A stretch of DNA of 64,000 nt. Source: Spirochaetota bacterium (lineage in GTDB: Bacteria > Spirochaetota > Spirochaetia > Treponematales > Treponemataceae). Position numbers and translations under genes: made by a program. Of this stretch, positions 19,962 to 29,113 are shown piece by piece. The DNA lies in assembly GCA_029569885.1 (NCBI GenBank), contig JAKQSN010000034.1:1137-65136 (forward strand). Direction: 5' to 3'. The number at the start of each line of letters is the position of its first letter. Position 1 is the stretch's first letter. The notes under the pieces are model-generated. The model was given only the letters and a program-made list of their open reading frames with translations. It ran no database searches and had not been told where the DNA came from.

Positions 19962-20390
19962 ATGCGAATTCTTTCAGTGAATTGTACGGTTATCACCGGA
20001 AAGGTGCTTTCGTGCACTCTGGGGCGGTTTGGCCACTCTGTTTGCAGCGTAACGCGCTGCGAAGACACAGAGGTGCTACTGCAAAGAGAAAGCTTCGATG
20101 GTATTATTCTGGATACCGGTGTTCCCGGCTCGGAATGCAGCCTCTCGTTGATTCAGTGGTATCGAACGGCGCTGTTATGTCCTGCCGGTTCGAAAATACC
20201 GTGCATAGTGCTTGTCGACCGCAGCGATTCTGCCGCCCGCCTTGCCGCAGAAAGCATTGGTGCAGCAGGGATTGTCGAAAAGCCCTTTACCCGGGATGTT
20301 CTATTATCCGCGGTTATACGTTGCTTTTTTCCAGTTCGCTCCGTGCAAAAGAATACTGCCTGCATAACGATTCAAAGCATTTCCGGATAG
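19962..20390 (+). CDS. atypical single-domain receiver protein
   Basis: REC-like pattern (MRIL, FDGIILD, IPCIVLV, GAAGIVEKPF); RBS GGAG. Confidence 0.7.
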   Translation: MRILSVNCTVITGKVLSCTLGRFGHSVCSVTRCEDTEVLLQRESFDGIILDTGVPGSECSLSLIQWYRTALLCPAGSKIPCIVLVDRSDSAARLAAESIGAAGIVEKPFTRDVLLSAVIRCFFPVRSVQKNTACITIQSISG

Positions 20391-22665
20391 CGACCGGGTC
20401 TCGCGATTCGACCGATTTGCCGAGTACCGATGCTGCCTCTCTCAACGCAGCGCACCCGACGTTTGCCGAAGCTCCTTTGATTTTATGCGCAGAGATGCTC
20501 AGTCCGTCATAGTTTTGCGTCCGCAGAGCTTCTGACATGTTGGTTATTTCCGCAGGGATTTCGGCCAGAAAGGCACGAACGACGGTCCGCACGAGTGCTG
20601 CGTCGTTGCCGGTACGTTCAAGAAGCGCAGCCCTGTCGAATATCTTCCGGCCTCCTTGCGCCAGATCGATCAGGTCGGCCAGGGTTTGCGCAAGCTCGGC
20701 CGGACGCACCGGTTTTATCAGATATGCATCCATACCCGCTTCCAGGCATTTTGCATGCTCTTCCGCCGACGTGTGCGCGGTAAGCGCGATTACCGGCAGG
20801 CGACCGGAACTGTGCTTCTTGTTCGCCTGCTCGAACGCCCGTATTTTTCTGGTTGCCTCGTAGCCGTCCATTACCGGCATCTGGCAATCCATCAAAATCG
20901 CATCGTAGGTGTTCTGCATGCGTGCTTCGAAGGCTTCCTTGCCGTCGTGCGCGATATCTGTAGAACAACCTGCTTTTTCCAGCATTTTTTGAGTGATTAT
21001 TCTGTTTGTCGTGTTGTCTTCCGCAATCAGGATGCGTCTGCCTCTCAGAACCGTGTTCTCTGTCTCTTGCGCATCCGCAACCGGTGGTATCGACAGGTCT
21101 GTGCCGGGGGCAACCTTGACGGTAAAACTGAAAATTGAACCGGACGGCTGATTCGGTTCATAGGAAATTGTGCCGCCCATAAGTTCGGTCAGCTGCCGCG
21201 ATATTGCAAGACCGAGTCCGGTACCGCCGTGCTTTCGCGTGGAAGAGCTGTCCAGCTGGGTAAACGGCGTGAACAGCAGGTTCCTCTTTTCGAAAGCGAT
21301 ACCGATTCCCGTGTCGGTGATCGAGAACCGAAGCTGTTGATTCTCGCCCCCCTTCGTTTCGTATTCGACCGAAATGTGCACAGCACCTTCTTCTGTAAAT
21401 TTGAGCGCATTTCCCAAAAGATTTTGCAGAACCTGTCTGATTCGCGCGGCATCGCCTGAAACGAGATGCGGAACTTCCGGGGAAACGTTGTGCGTCAGGC
21501 GCAGTTTTTTTCCCTCGGCAAGAGGCATGAGCAGCGATATGGAAGAGATGACGAGATCCCGAACGTTAAACGGTTCTTGGGTGACCGTCATGCGGTGTGC
21601 TTCGATTTTTGAAAAATCCAGAATATTGTTGATGATCGCCAGAAGAGATTCGCCCCCGTTTTTAAGAAGTTCTGCATACTGCCTCTGGCTGCCGGTCAGC
21701 TCGGAATCCAGCAAAAGACTCGCCATGCCGATTATTCCGTTGAGCGGTGTGCGTATTTCATGACTGATAGTTGCAAGGAATGCGCTTTTTGCTGCGTTTG
21801 CCGCTTCTGCCTGGATCACCAGCTCATTCGCACGGACGCTTGCAATTTCCAGGTTCTTGTTGGAACGTAACAGTTCTTCCTCTATGTTTTTTTGGTCGGT
21901 AATATCCCAGTTTGTTCCGATCATGTGGCCCGGGTGTCGGGCTGAATCTGATTGATACAGTGCGAAGGATCTGATTGTGTGAACGCTGTTGTCGGGCCAG
22001 ATAATGCGGAATTCTCCGCTGTAATCGCAACCGGTTTCGATGCAGCGCTGTATTTCTTTTTTTTGGAAATCTGCGTCGTCAGGGTGTATGCGCTGTGCGT
22101 AGGCTGTGGCGCCGTCGGGAAATTCTACCCGGTCTGCCCCGTAGAGGCGATACATTTGGTCGTCCCAGTGTTCTTCTCCGGTCGTGATGTCCAGATCCCA
22201 GATTCCGACGCCTCCTGCGCGGGTTGCGAGGCGCAGCCAGTATGTGGTATGCGCCAGCTGCTCTTCGGTTTCTTTTAGCGAACTGATGTCGACAAAGCAC
22301 TCAAGGTACTTGTCTCGATTCTTGTAGTACACGGGAATGACCGATTTCAGGACGGTTCGCATTCCTCCGTCAACGCGGAGGATTTTGTCTTCGAACGGCT
22401 CCTTGAGCAGGTCGTTGTTTTGCGCAGGGCAGAACCCCTCCGGTGCGGTGCATAAAAACCGGCAGCAGCGTTTCCCCTTCATAGCTTCAGTCGGGGCTCC
22501 GAACAGTGTGGACATGGACTGATTCACTGTTTCGATAGTGCAGGTTTCGCGATCGATGATCGCAATGCCGACGGGAAGCGCGCCAAGCACCATGTTCTGG
22601 AGGTTTTGCAGTTCCTTGTTTTCTTTCTGCAGTCTGAGAATTTCCTGGTTTTGCGTGTCTGACAT
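20314..22665 (-). CDS. hybrid histidine kinase (PAS-PAS-HisKA-HATPase-REC-Hpt)
   Basis: SHEIRTPLNG, NLLGNALKFT, DTGIGI, GGTGLGL, ILMDCQMP, Hpt AHKIKGASANVG. Confidence 0.95.
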   Translation of the reverse strand: MSDTQNQEILRLQKENKELQNLQNMVLGALPVGIAIIDRETCTIETVNQSMSTLFGAPTEAMKGKRCCRFLCTAPEGFCPAQNNDLLKEPFEDKILRVDGGMRTVLKSVIPVYYKNRDKYLECFVDISSLKETEEQLAHTTYWLRLATRAGGVGIWDLDITTGEEHWDDQMYRLYGADRVEFPDGATAYAQRIHPDDADFQKKEIQRCIETGCDYSGEFRIIWPDNSVHTIRSFALYQSDSARHPGHMIGTNWDITDQKNIEEELLRSNKNLEIASVRANELVIQAEAANAAKSAFLATISHEIRTPLNGIIGMASLLLDSELTGSQRQYAELLKNGGESLLAIINNILDFSKIEAHRMTVTQEPFNVRDLVISSISLLMPLAEGKKLRLTHNVSPEVPHLVSGDAARIRQVLQNLLGNALKFTEEGAVHISVEYETKGGENQQLRFSITDTGIGIAFEKRNLLFTPFTQLDSSSTRKHGGTGLGLAISRQLTELMGGTISYEPNQPSGSIFSFTVKVAPGTDLSIPPVADAQETENTVLRGRRILIAEDNTTNRIITQKMLEKAGCSTDIAHDGKEAFEARMQNTYDAILMDCQMPVMDGYEATRKIRAFEQANKKHSSGRLPVIALTAHTSAEEHAKCLEAGMDAYLIKPVRPAELAQTLADLIDLAQGGRKIFDRAALLERTGNDAALVRTVVRAFLAEIPAEITNMSEALRTQNYDGLSISAHKIKGASANVGCAALREAASVLGKSVESRDPVAIRKCFESLCRQYSFARSELEKSNV

Positions 22666-22681
22666 ATTTCCCCGCTGTGTG

Positions 22682-23077
22682 TCAGTCGATCAGATTCAGC
22701 GTGTTGAGGCTTTCGACGAGTTTTTCCTTGTCGATCGGTTTGACCAGGTAGACGTCGCATTGTTCGCGGAATGCGCTGATGATATTTTTTTTGTCGTCGA
22801 GGGCGGTTGTCATGATAATTTTGACTCCGTCGCGAGCGGCGATTCCCCGTTCTTCTTCAATGTCCCTAATTTTTTTCAGTGCTGCCTGTCCGTCGAGTTC
22901 GGGCATCATGATGTCGAGGCATACCAGCGTAAAGGGACTTCCTTCTTCAAATGCCGATCTGAATGCGTTTACTGCCTGCAAACCGTCCGTGCAGACTGTG
23001 CACTCGCCGTAGGTTTGCAAAAAGCCTTGCAGTAGAATTCTGCTGGTAAAATCGTCGTCGGCAATCAATATCTTCAT
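22682..23077 (-). CDS. single-domain response regulator
   Basis: ILIADDD, CLDIMMP, MTTA, YLVKP. Confidence 0.93.
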   Translation of the reverse strand: MKILIADDDFTSRILLQGFLQTYGECTVCTDGLQAVNAFRSAFEEGSPFTLVCLDIMMPELDGQAALKKIRDIEEERGIAARDGVKIIMTTALDDKKNIISAFREQCDVYLVKPIDKEKLVESLNTLNLID

Positions 23078-23264
23078 GTACCGTTTCCTCCCGGAAAGAT
23101 ATGCGAGTTTCTTGCAAAAGTCGGTTGCTTTTGCAAGAAGCTCTTGGAGTTCAATAACAAGTCTTTATAATACAATAACTTGTTGTTGAACTCCATATAC
23201 ATTATTTGTTGCAATTACAAAAATCACTGATTTTTGCAATTGCCTCATGCGTGATGCAATTAAT

Positions 23265-23300
23265 GGGCACCTCTAAAAACTTCAGTTTTTAGAGGTGCCC
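23265..23300. mobile_element. 36-bp palindromic miniature element (MITE/IS-end scar) with a TAAT direct repeat
   Basis: GGGCACCTCTAAAAAC-TTCA-GTTTTTAGAGGTGCCC, perfect 16-bp inverted repeat, flanked by TAAT on both sides. Confidence 0.6.
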
Positions 23301-23322
23301 TAATGATAGTCCAAGAAACGTT

Positions 23323-23460
23323 CGTGCGCCAGATGTGTGTGCGCGCACATGTGCGCCAGACGTGTGCACCAGCGGCACCAGCGGCACCAGCTGCACCTGC
23401 GGCGCCCGCTGGATGGCTGCACCAGCGGCACCAGCTGCTCCCGCTGGATGGCGGGTGCCA
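23323..23460. repeat. GC-rich short tandem repeats upstream of gltX
   Basis: GTGCGCCAGA x2, GCACCAGCG 9-bp units, CCCGCTGGATGGC x2. Confidence 0.8.
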
Positions 23461-23528
23461 TCGGTCATCTTGTCCAATCGGCTGCAGAAAGGGTATACTT
23501 TCTTGGCTCAAATCGAAGGAGAATACCA

Positions 23529-25073
23529 GTGGAAGCTCGTGTCCGTTACGCACCGTCCCCAACCGGGATGCAGCATATCGGCGGTGTCCGCACCGCGTTG
23601 TTCAATTACCTGTACGCCCGCTCTGTAGGCGGAAAATTTATTCTGAGACTCGAAGATACCGATCAAACCCGCTACGGCGAGGAATATGTCCGCAACCTGT
23701 ACGATACTCTTGGCTGGCTCGGCATAGACTGGGACGAAGGCGGCGACAAGGGCGGTCCTTTTGCCCCCTATGTGCAAAGCCAACGGTTCGACCTGTATAA
23801 AAAGTACGCGCTTGAACTGGTGGAAAAAGGGCAGGCCTACTATTGCTTCTGCGACGAGGAACGTCTGGAACGTATCCGGAAAATTCAGACCATGAACAAA
23901 ATGGCTCCGGGCTACGACCGCCATTGCCGCTCCCTTTCTCCGCAGGAAGTGAAGGAAAGCCTCGACGCCGGCAAACCCTTTGTAATCCGGCTCGCAGTTC
24001 CGCTCGAAGGTTCAACCAAATTCCACGATCAGCTTCTTGGCGACATCGAGTGGAAGAACGAAGACGTCAATCCCGATCCCGTCCTGCTGAAAAGCGACGG
24101 CTTCCCGACCTATCACTTGGCAAATATCGTAGACGATCATTTTATGGAAATTACCCATGTCATGCGCGCGCAGGAGTGGATTCCCTCGACGCCGCTCCAC
24201 GTCATCATGTACAAGGCGTTCGGCTGGGAACATCCCGAATACTGCCACCTGCCGATGGTCATGGGCCAGGACGGCCAAAAACTGTCAAAACGCCACGGCG
24301 CAACCAGCTGCAACGAATTCCGCAACAACGGCTATCTGAAAGAAGCGATTATCAACTACGTCGCCATGCTCGGCTGCTCCTACGAGGACGGGCGCGACAT
24401 GTTCACGCTCGAAGAGCTTGGCAAGCTGTTCATGATGGAGCACATCAACAAGGCTCCTGCCGTGTTCGACTATAAAAAACTGGAGTGGTTCAACGGCCAG
24501 TACATGCGGCTCAAAACCGACGACGAGCTGTTCGACCTTACCTGGCCGTTTATCGCGAATTCCGGCCTGTTCGGCGGATGCGGCGAAGGCGAACAGAACA
24601 GTCTCGAAGCGCGAAAATCTGCAGGACTGTTGTTCGCCGATCAGACGCTGCTTGTTCCGACTGCAGCCCAAAAGGACACTCTGATGAAGGTTATGCCGCT
24701 CATCCGCGAACGCCTTCATTTTCTTACCGACGCACCTGCGATGGTCGCTTTTCTGTTTGGCGAACCCGTCATTCCCCCGGCAGAAGAAATTGTCCCGAAA
24801 AAGCTCGATGCGGCCAAAACGCGCGAAGTGCTGCGTGCCGCAAAGGATGTAATCGCAAAAATTGGCGGTCTGACCGAAGAACAGGCGAACGAACTTTTCC
24901 ATGCTGCCGCAGAAGCCCTTGGCGTCAAACTTGGCGACCTGATGATGCCCATCCGCATGGCGGTAACCGGAAGCCGCGTGTCTCCACCGCTTGTCGGTTC
25001 AATTCAGATTCTTGGTATCGAAGCCTCTCTTGCCCGCATCGACCGGACGCTTGCCGAACGTTTTCCCGGCTGA
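23529..25073 (+). CDS. gltX: glutamate--tRNA ligase
   Basis: RVRYAPSPTG, HIGG, RLEDTD, KLSKR; GTG start after RBS AAGGAG. Confidence 0.96.
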   Translation: MEARVRYAPSPTGMQHIGGVRTALFNYLYARSVGGKFILRLEDTDQTRYGEEYVRNLYDTLGWLGIDWDEGGDKGGPFAPYVQSQRFDLYKKYALELVEKGQAYYCFCDEERLERIRKIQTMNKMAPGYDRHCRSLSPQEVKESLDAGKPFVIRLAVPLEGSTKFHDQLLGDIEWKNEDVNPDPVLLKSDGFPTYHLANIVDDHFMEITHVMRAQEWIPSTPLHVIMYKAFGWEHPEYCHLPMVMGQDGQKLSKRHGATSCNEFRNNGYLKEAIINYVAMLGCSYEDGRDMFTLEELGKLFMMEHINKAPAVFDYKKLEWFNGQYMRLKTDDELFDLTWPFIANSGLFGGCGEGEQNSLEARKSAGLLFADQTLLVPTAAQKDTLMKVMPLIRERLHFLTDAPAMVAFLFGEPVIPPAEEIVPKKLDAAKTREVLRAAKDVIAKIGGLTEEQANELFHAAAEALGVKLGDLMMPIRMAVTGSRVSPPLVGSIQILGIEASLARIDRTLAERFPG

Positions 25074-25178
25074 CCTGCCGGGTTGACCTGCCTCACGAGC
25101 CGCAGCACGAGCTGGTACAAGAAGCGGTTCGCCGGATGTTCCCGGCGGGGAGGCTCTCTTTTCCTTTCGTACAATGTT

Positions 25179-25299
25179 GAGGCACGGAGCGCCTCGACGG
25201 GCGAACGCGGAACGCTCGGAGCCACCTCGAAGAAAGATGCACGGGGAGCGGTTCTCGATCCCGCAAGGGACCGGCCCTGTACCGGGTGCGCGCCCGAGC
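25179..25299 (+). repeat. structured intergenic element, copy B
   Basis: Homologous to 3576-3705; contains a TCCC-GCAA-GGGA GNRA hairpin. Confidence 0.55.
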
Positions 25300-25305
25300 T
25301 TCCTG

Positions 25306-25494
25306 TTATTCCATCCTGAACAGGCTAGACCAGGTTCTGCGAAGATTTTTTCGTTGCCGTACCCGGTTCATGAGCGGTTGAAACCGCTCAAGCAGTCCGG
25401 CTGCTTCGCTGATCAGAAAAAGCATAACAAACGGTGAAAAAAACACGATATACAGGAATGATCCGATAGTATGTAGAATTGTTTTCCTTTTCAT
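25306..25494 (-). CDS. small membrane protein (62 aa)
   Basis: GGAGG 5 nt before ATG; MKRKTILHTIGSFLYIVFFSPFVMLFLI (one TM helix) and a basic tail. Confidence 0.5.
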   Translation of the reverse strand: MKRKTILHTIGSFLYIVFFSPFVMLFLISEAAGLLERFQPLMNRVRQRKNLRRTWSSLFRME

Positions 25495-25579
25495 CAGTGC
25501 CTCCACTTTCTGTATTATTCGACACAAATATAACAAAGATGTTGCATAAAAAGTACACCGCGACACCCAAAAATAGGCT

Positions 25580-26713
25580 ATGCTGTACTGTATGCTTACA
25601 ACAATCATGCGGGCTCTCGGTATGTATCGCGAAACGGTGTCTCGGGATTGCATGATCACGGGGAAAAACTTCGAATTCTGGAATTTTCTTGGCGAACGGG
25701 CTCCGGAAACCACTTTCGACCTTTTTGATGTATTCCCCGAGCTCGTCGGGCGAGAAACCGAGATTTCATGCCTTCTTTCTTCAGTCGGCGGTGTACTCAG
25801 GCTCCCGGCTGTCCGGCATGGGGTAGTGTGTTTTAATCTTTCAGTGCTTTCTCCTCCGGTCGGTTTTGAATGCGGGCTGATAATTCTTCAGGATATTTCG
25901 AATGATCTTGTGCATCATCATGCGGTTCTTCAAAAAAGAAACGAACTAGTGTTCCTGAACCGTCAGATCGAACTTCGCAATGCCGAGCTGGCTGAAGCCG
26001 GGCAAAAGCTGGACCGCATCATGAATATGCTTCGGGATGAAAGCCATGCGCTGAATCTTGAAGTGCTCAGGCAAACCCGGGAGCTCCATGATTCCCGCCT
26101 GTGCGCTATCAACACGCTTGCACAGGCAGCCGAGTTCCGCGAACAGGAAACTGGGGGTCACCTGTACCGTATCGGACGTTCCTGCGTTCTTATTGGTAAA
26201 AAGCTGGGAATGGAACGGTCTGCACTCGAGACCCTCTTTTATGCGTGTCTTTTGCATGATGTCGGAAAAATCGGCATTCCTGATTCAATTTTGCTCAAGC
26301 CGGGCTCGCTTGACGAAGACGAATGGGATATCATGCGCCGCCATACATCCATTGGGGCCGCGCTGTTGTCTAAAAATCGCCATAAGTTGTTCGATGCTGC
26401 CCGCGATGTTGCGTTATCGCATCATGAAAAATGGGACGGCACAGGCTATCCTGAAGGAATTTCCGGATACTCCATTCCCTTGGTGGCTCGAATTTGCGCT
26501 GTGGCAGATGTGTACGACGCTCTTGTTTCTGCACGCATCTACAAAAAAGCCTGGCTGCCCGATGATGCAGTTCGTACTATTATCAGAGAATCCGGCACCC
26601 GCTTTGATCCTGCAGTTGTTTCTGCCTTTATAGCGGTGTATCCCGAAATTCACCAGCTGGAAAAGCATTCCGACGAGGAAATTGACGAGCTGGAACCGGA
26701 GTTCGATACATGA
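25580..26713 (+). CDS. HD-GYP cyclic-dinucleotide phosphodiesterase with N-terminal PAS-like and coiled-coil regions
   Basis: ETGGHLYR, LHDVGKIGIPD, HHEKWDGTGYP, VADVYDAL, RIYK. Confidence 0.92.
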   Translation: MLYCMLTTIMRALGMYRETVSRDCMITGKNFEFWNFLGERAPETTFDLFDVFPELVGRETEISCLLSSVGGVLRLPAVRHGVVCFNLSVLSPPVGFECGLIILQDISNDLVHHHAVLQKRNELVFLNRQIELRNAELAEAGQKLDRIMNMLRDESHALNLEVLRQTRELHDSRLCAINTLAQAAEFREQETGGHLYRIGRSCVLIGKKLGMERSALETLFYACLLHDVGKIGIPDSILLKPGSLDEDEWDIMRRHTSIGAALLSKNRHKLFDAARDVALSHHEKWDGTGYPEGISGYSIPLVARICAVADVYDALVSARIYKKAWLPDDAVRTIIRESGTRFDPAVVSAFIAVYPEIHQLEKHSDEEIDELEPEFDT

Positions 26714-27567
26714 TGCACAACACAATTCTCTCGGAACGGGTGGCATCAATTCTGGCGTTTCTTTCGCTTCTGTCCGGACCTGTCCTGACATCTGTCGATC
26801 CTTCAATTTCTGGCGACATCGGCTCTCTGCTGGACTTTGCGCAAAACCCGACGCGTGAAAAGATTTACCGGATTAAATCGCTGATTCGCGTGTATGCGAT
26901 TCTGTTTGCCTGGGGAGTGTTCTCCAGTGATCAGAATCTGGATCGGGAAACCGACGAGTTGCTCCTGTATCTTGATTCTCTTGTACCTAATTCGAGTTTT
27001 TTGCTTGCACGGCGGGAATTCGTTCCCCGGACTCTCGGTGCTGTCAGCGTACGGAAAGCGCTGGCCGTACCGTTGTTCGGCTATCATCGGCCGGAAACGC
27101 CGCCGCGCGGTCCCGGGCATGTGCTATGTTATCAATCGGTTGAATCCGGCGAAACCGGTACAATCGAAATTCTACGCCTTGACCGAAACGCGACAGTTTC
27201 CTACGAAGGTTTGGGTACGCGGCTGTCGACATCCAATCCGCGTCTGTGCGTCAGAATTGCCAAAACGGGACACGACCCCTTGGTTACTCTTGTTCCTCCA
27301 TTTTCCCGGAACCATTGTACCCGCTTTTCCAATGGCCGGTATGAGCTGTTTTTGGCTGATTCCCCTCTGGTATATTCTGGAAAAGCGGACCGGCGCGGCA
27401 AAAATTGCGATCTGTACGATCCGCTCGAGTTCCGCTATGTCTACTTTTTTCCCCCGGAAACGCAACGTCCGGTACGATTTCTCCGCGACGTGCTTACGTC
27501 AATGTATGGATTTACAAAAGATACGGTTGAGCCGATAGTGTCCGCAATTACTGAAAAACTGCCTTGA
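26710..27567 (+). CDS. hypothetical protein
   Basis: 285-aa ORF coupled by an ATGA overlap to the HD-GYP gene; no motif recognised. Confidence 0.65.
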   Translation: MMHNTILSERVASILAFLSLLSGPVLTSVDPSISGDIGSLLDFAQNPTREKIYRIKSLIRVYAILFAWGVFSSDQNLDRETDELLLYLDSLVPNSSFLLARREFVPRTLGAVSVRKALAVPLFGYHRPETPPRGPGHVLCYQSVESGETGTIEILRLDRNATVSYEGLGTRLSTSNPRLCVRIAKTGHDPLVTLVPPFSRNHCTRFSNGRYELFLADSPLVYSGKADRRGKNCDLYDPLEFRYVYFFPPETQRPVRFLRDVLTSMYGFTKDTVEPIVSAITEKLP

Positions 27568-29113
27568 ATGTGACGCTTCTGTTTTTTATCCGGTCTTCTT
27601 CGGTTTTTTCTTCGGCAACAACCGGTTCCGCAACACCGACTCCCCGTGCGCTCACATATTCAACCAGCGGCGCGTTGATCTCGATAAATGCGTCAAGCGC
27701 CATGTTTGCCCGCTCTTCGCTTATCCGGATTCCTGCCTCATCCTGTATCGATCCGGCTGAATGTCCGGTAATTTCTACCGTAGCGGTAAAACCTTCCTTT
27801 TTTGACTCCTCGACAAGCAGCGAGACCAGTTCGCCCGCTTCCATGAGTATTTGCCCCTGACCGTCCCGAAGGCTTCCTGAGTCTTGTTCGAAGTACACAT
27901 TATATGCGGCAAGCCTGCGGGCAATTTCCAGCAAGTGTTCCGGTATGTTTCGTTGAGGTGCTGCAGGAGGTTCCGAAAAATGCGGAGACCAAAAGGCTTC
28001 TTCGGAAATGGTAAAATCGTCGAGTTGTAGACCGTGTTCTGCGATTATCTGTTCAAGGCTGCGCGCTCTGGCGTCTCTCAATACCGAGAGTTTGACCGTC
28101 CTGAATGTGCGTGTCGTAGAAATAAGCTGAATGCCTGTTTCGGCATCGATGGCGTCGATGCATCGGTTCTCTTGGCCGGTTTTCAGCGCATGCTTTACTC
28201 CGAAAAATCCCGCTGCGAGGGCGACTATCGTCAGAAACACAATGGCGAATACCGGTTTTTTGTGTTTTGTTTCGCGAATTTTGCAGGAAAGGCAGGCTTC
28301 CAGAAGCTCTGTATCCTTTTCAAACGGGAGCGTATCGCCGCGAAACGATTTCAATGCGCCGGCAAAACGAACATGAATTGCTTCGAGCGTGTGCTGCATC
28401 AGTGTGCGGACTGAAGGTTCGGGTGTTCCGCGGATAATCAGCGCGAGCGAGGCTTTCGGACCTTCTTCGACAAGGATTGTGTAATCGCCAGTGTTGATCC
28501 CCTGTACACCGCTTGTCTCGGCAAGCTGAAGCGAATCGCCAATATACTGGCGGATTGCCGTCAGCATGGAGCTGACCATATCGTCATCGGCAGTAGCGCA
28601 TCCCGCTCTGGATACGCTTTTCAGGAGCAAGCCGGTGTTTTTATGAATCAGAAATGCATGATCGATGCTGTACTCCATTGTATGGGCAAGCATAATCTCC
28701 AGGAACGGTTTTCCTGTTTTTATGGATTCGAACCGCCAGACAAGCCGCTGTACAGAAAAGACAGACTCCAGGCCAGAGTTCATATTGGCCATCATTTCCG
28801 CAAGCATTTTTGCCATCGCCTTGCGGATTGCGCTCCCGATTACCGGAAACAGTGCTCCGGAAAGAATTTCCGGATCTTTTTGCACCGAAAGACCGATTGC
28901 GTCTTCGGTCAGCGGTGTCATTGCAGAGGCTATGGCCTGCCGTTGTTCGCCGGATTCATCCAGCGCCTCGGGAAGCATTTGGGCAAGCGTTTCCGGCGTG
29001 ACCGACGCGCCTCGCAGTTTTTTTCCCAGTTGTTCAAGGGTTTTTCGTTCGCGCGGATCAAGATCCACGATTGCTTCTTCGATACGAACCTTGAGAGCCT
29101 CATTTTCAGTCAT
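27548..29113 (-). CDS. membrane protein: helical N-terminus, longin/roadblock-like domain, TM, C-terminal OmpA/MotB-like domain
   Basis: TM PVFAIVFLTIVALAAGFFGV; OmpA-like VYFEQDS...ITGHS...ISEERA...ARGVGVAEP...NRSVTF. Confidence 0.8.
   Translation of the reverse strand: MTENEALKVRIEEAIVDLDPRERKTLEQLGKKLRGASVTPETLAQMLPEALDESGEQRQAIASAMTPLTEDAIGLSVQKDPEILSGALFPVIGSAIRKAMAKMLAEMMANMNSGLESVFSVQRLVWRFESIKTGKPFLEIMLAHTMEYSIDHAFLIHKNTGLLLKSVSRAGCATADDDMVSSMLTAIRQYIGDSLQLAETSGVQGINTGDYTILVEEGPKASLALIIRGTPEPSVRTLMQHTLEAIHVRFAGALKSFRGDTLPFEKDTELLEACLSCKIRETKHKKPVFAIVFLTIVALAAGFFGVKHALKTGQENRCIDAIDAETGIQLISTTRTFRTVKLSVLRDARARSLEQIIAEHGLQLDDFTISEEAFWSPHFSEPPAAPQRNIPEHLLEIARRLAAYNVYFEQDSGSLRDGQGQILMEAGELVSLLVEESKKEGFTATVEITGHSAGSIQDEAGIRISEERANMALDAFIEINAPLVEYVSARGVGVAEPVVAEEKTEEDRIKNRSVTFKAVFQ

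Noticed and set aside
23337-23528. His/Gln-rich N-terminal extension of GltX in the ORF track
   Set aside because: It is translated tandem repeat; the real start is the GTG at 23529 with a good RBS.
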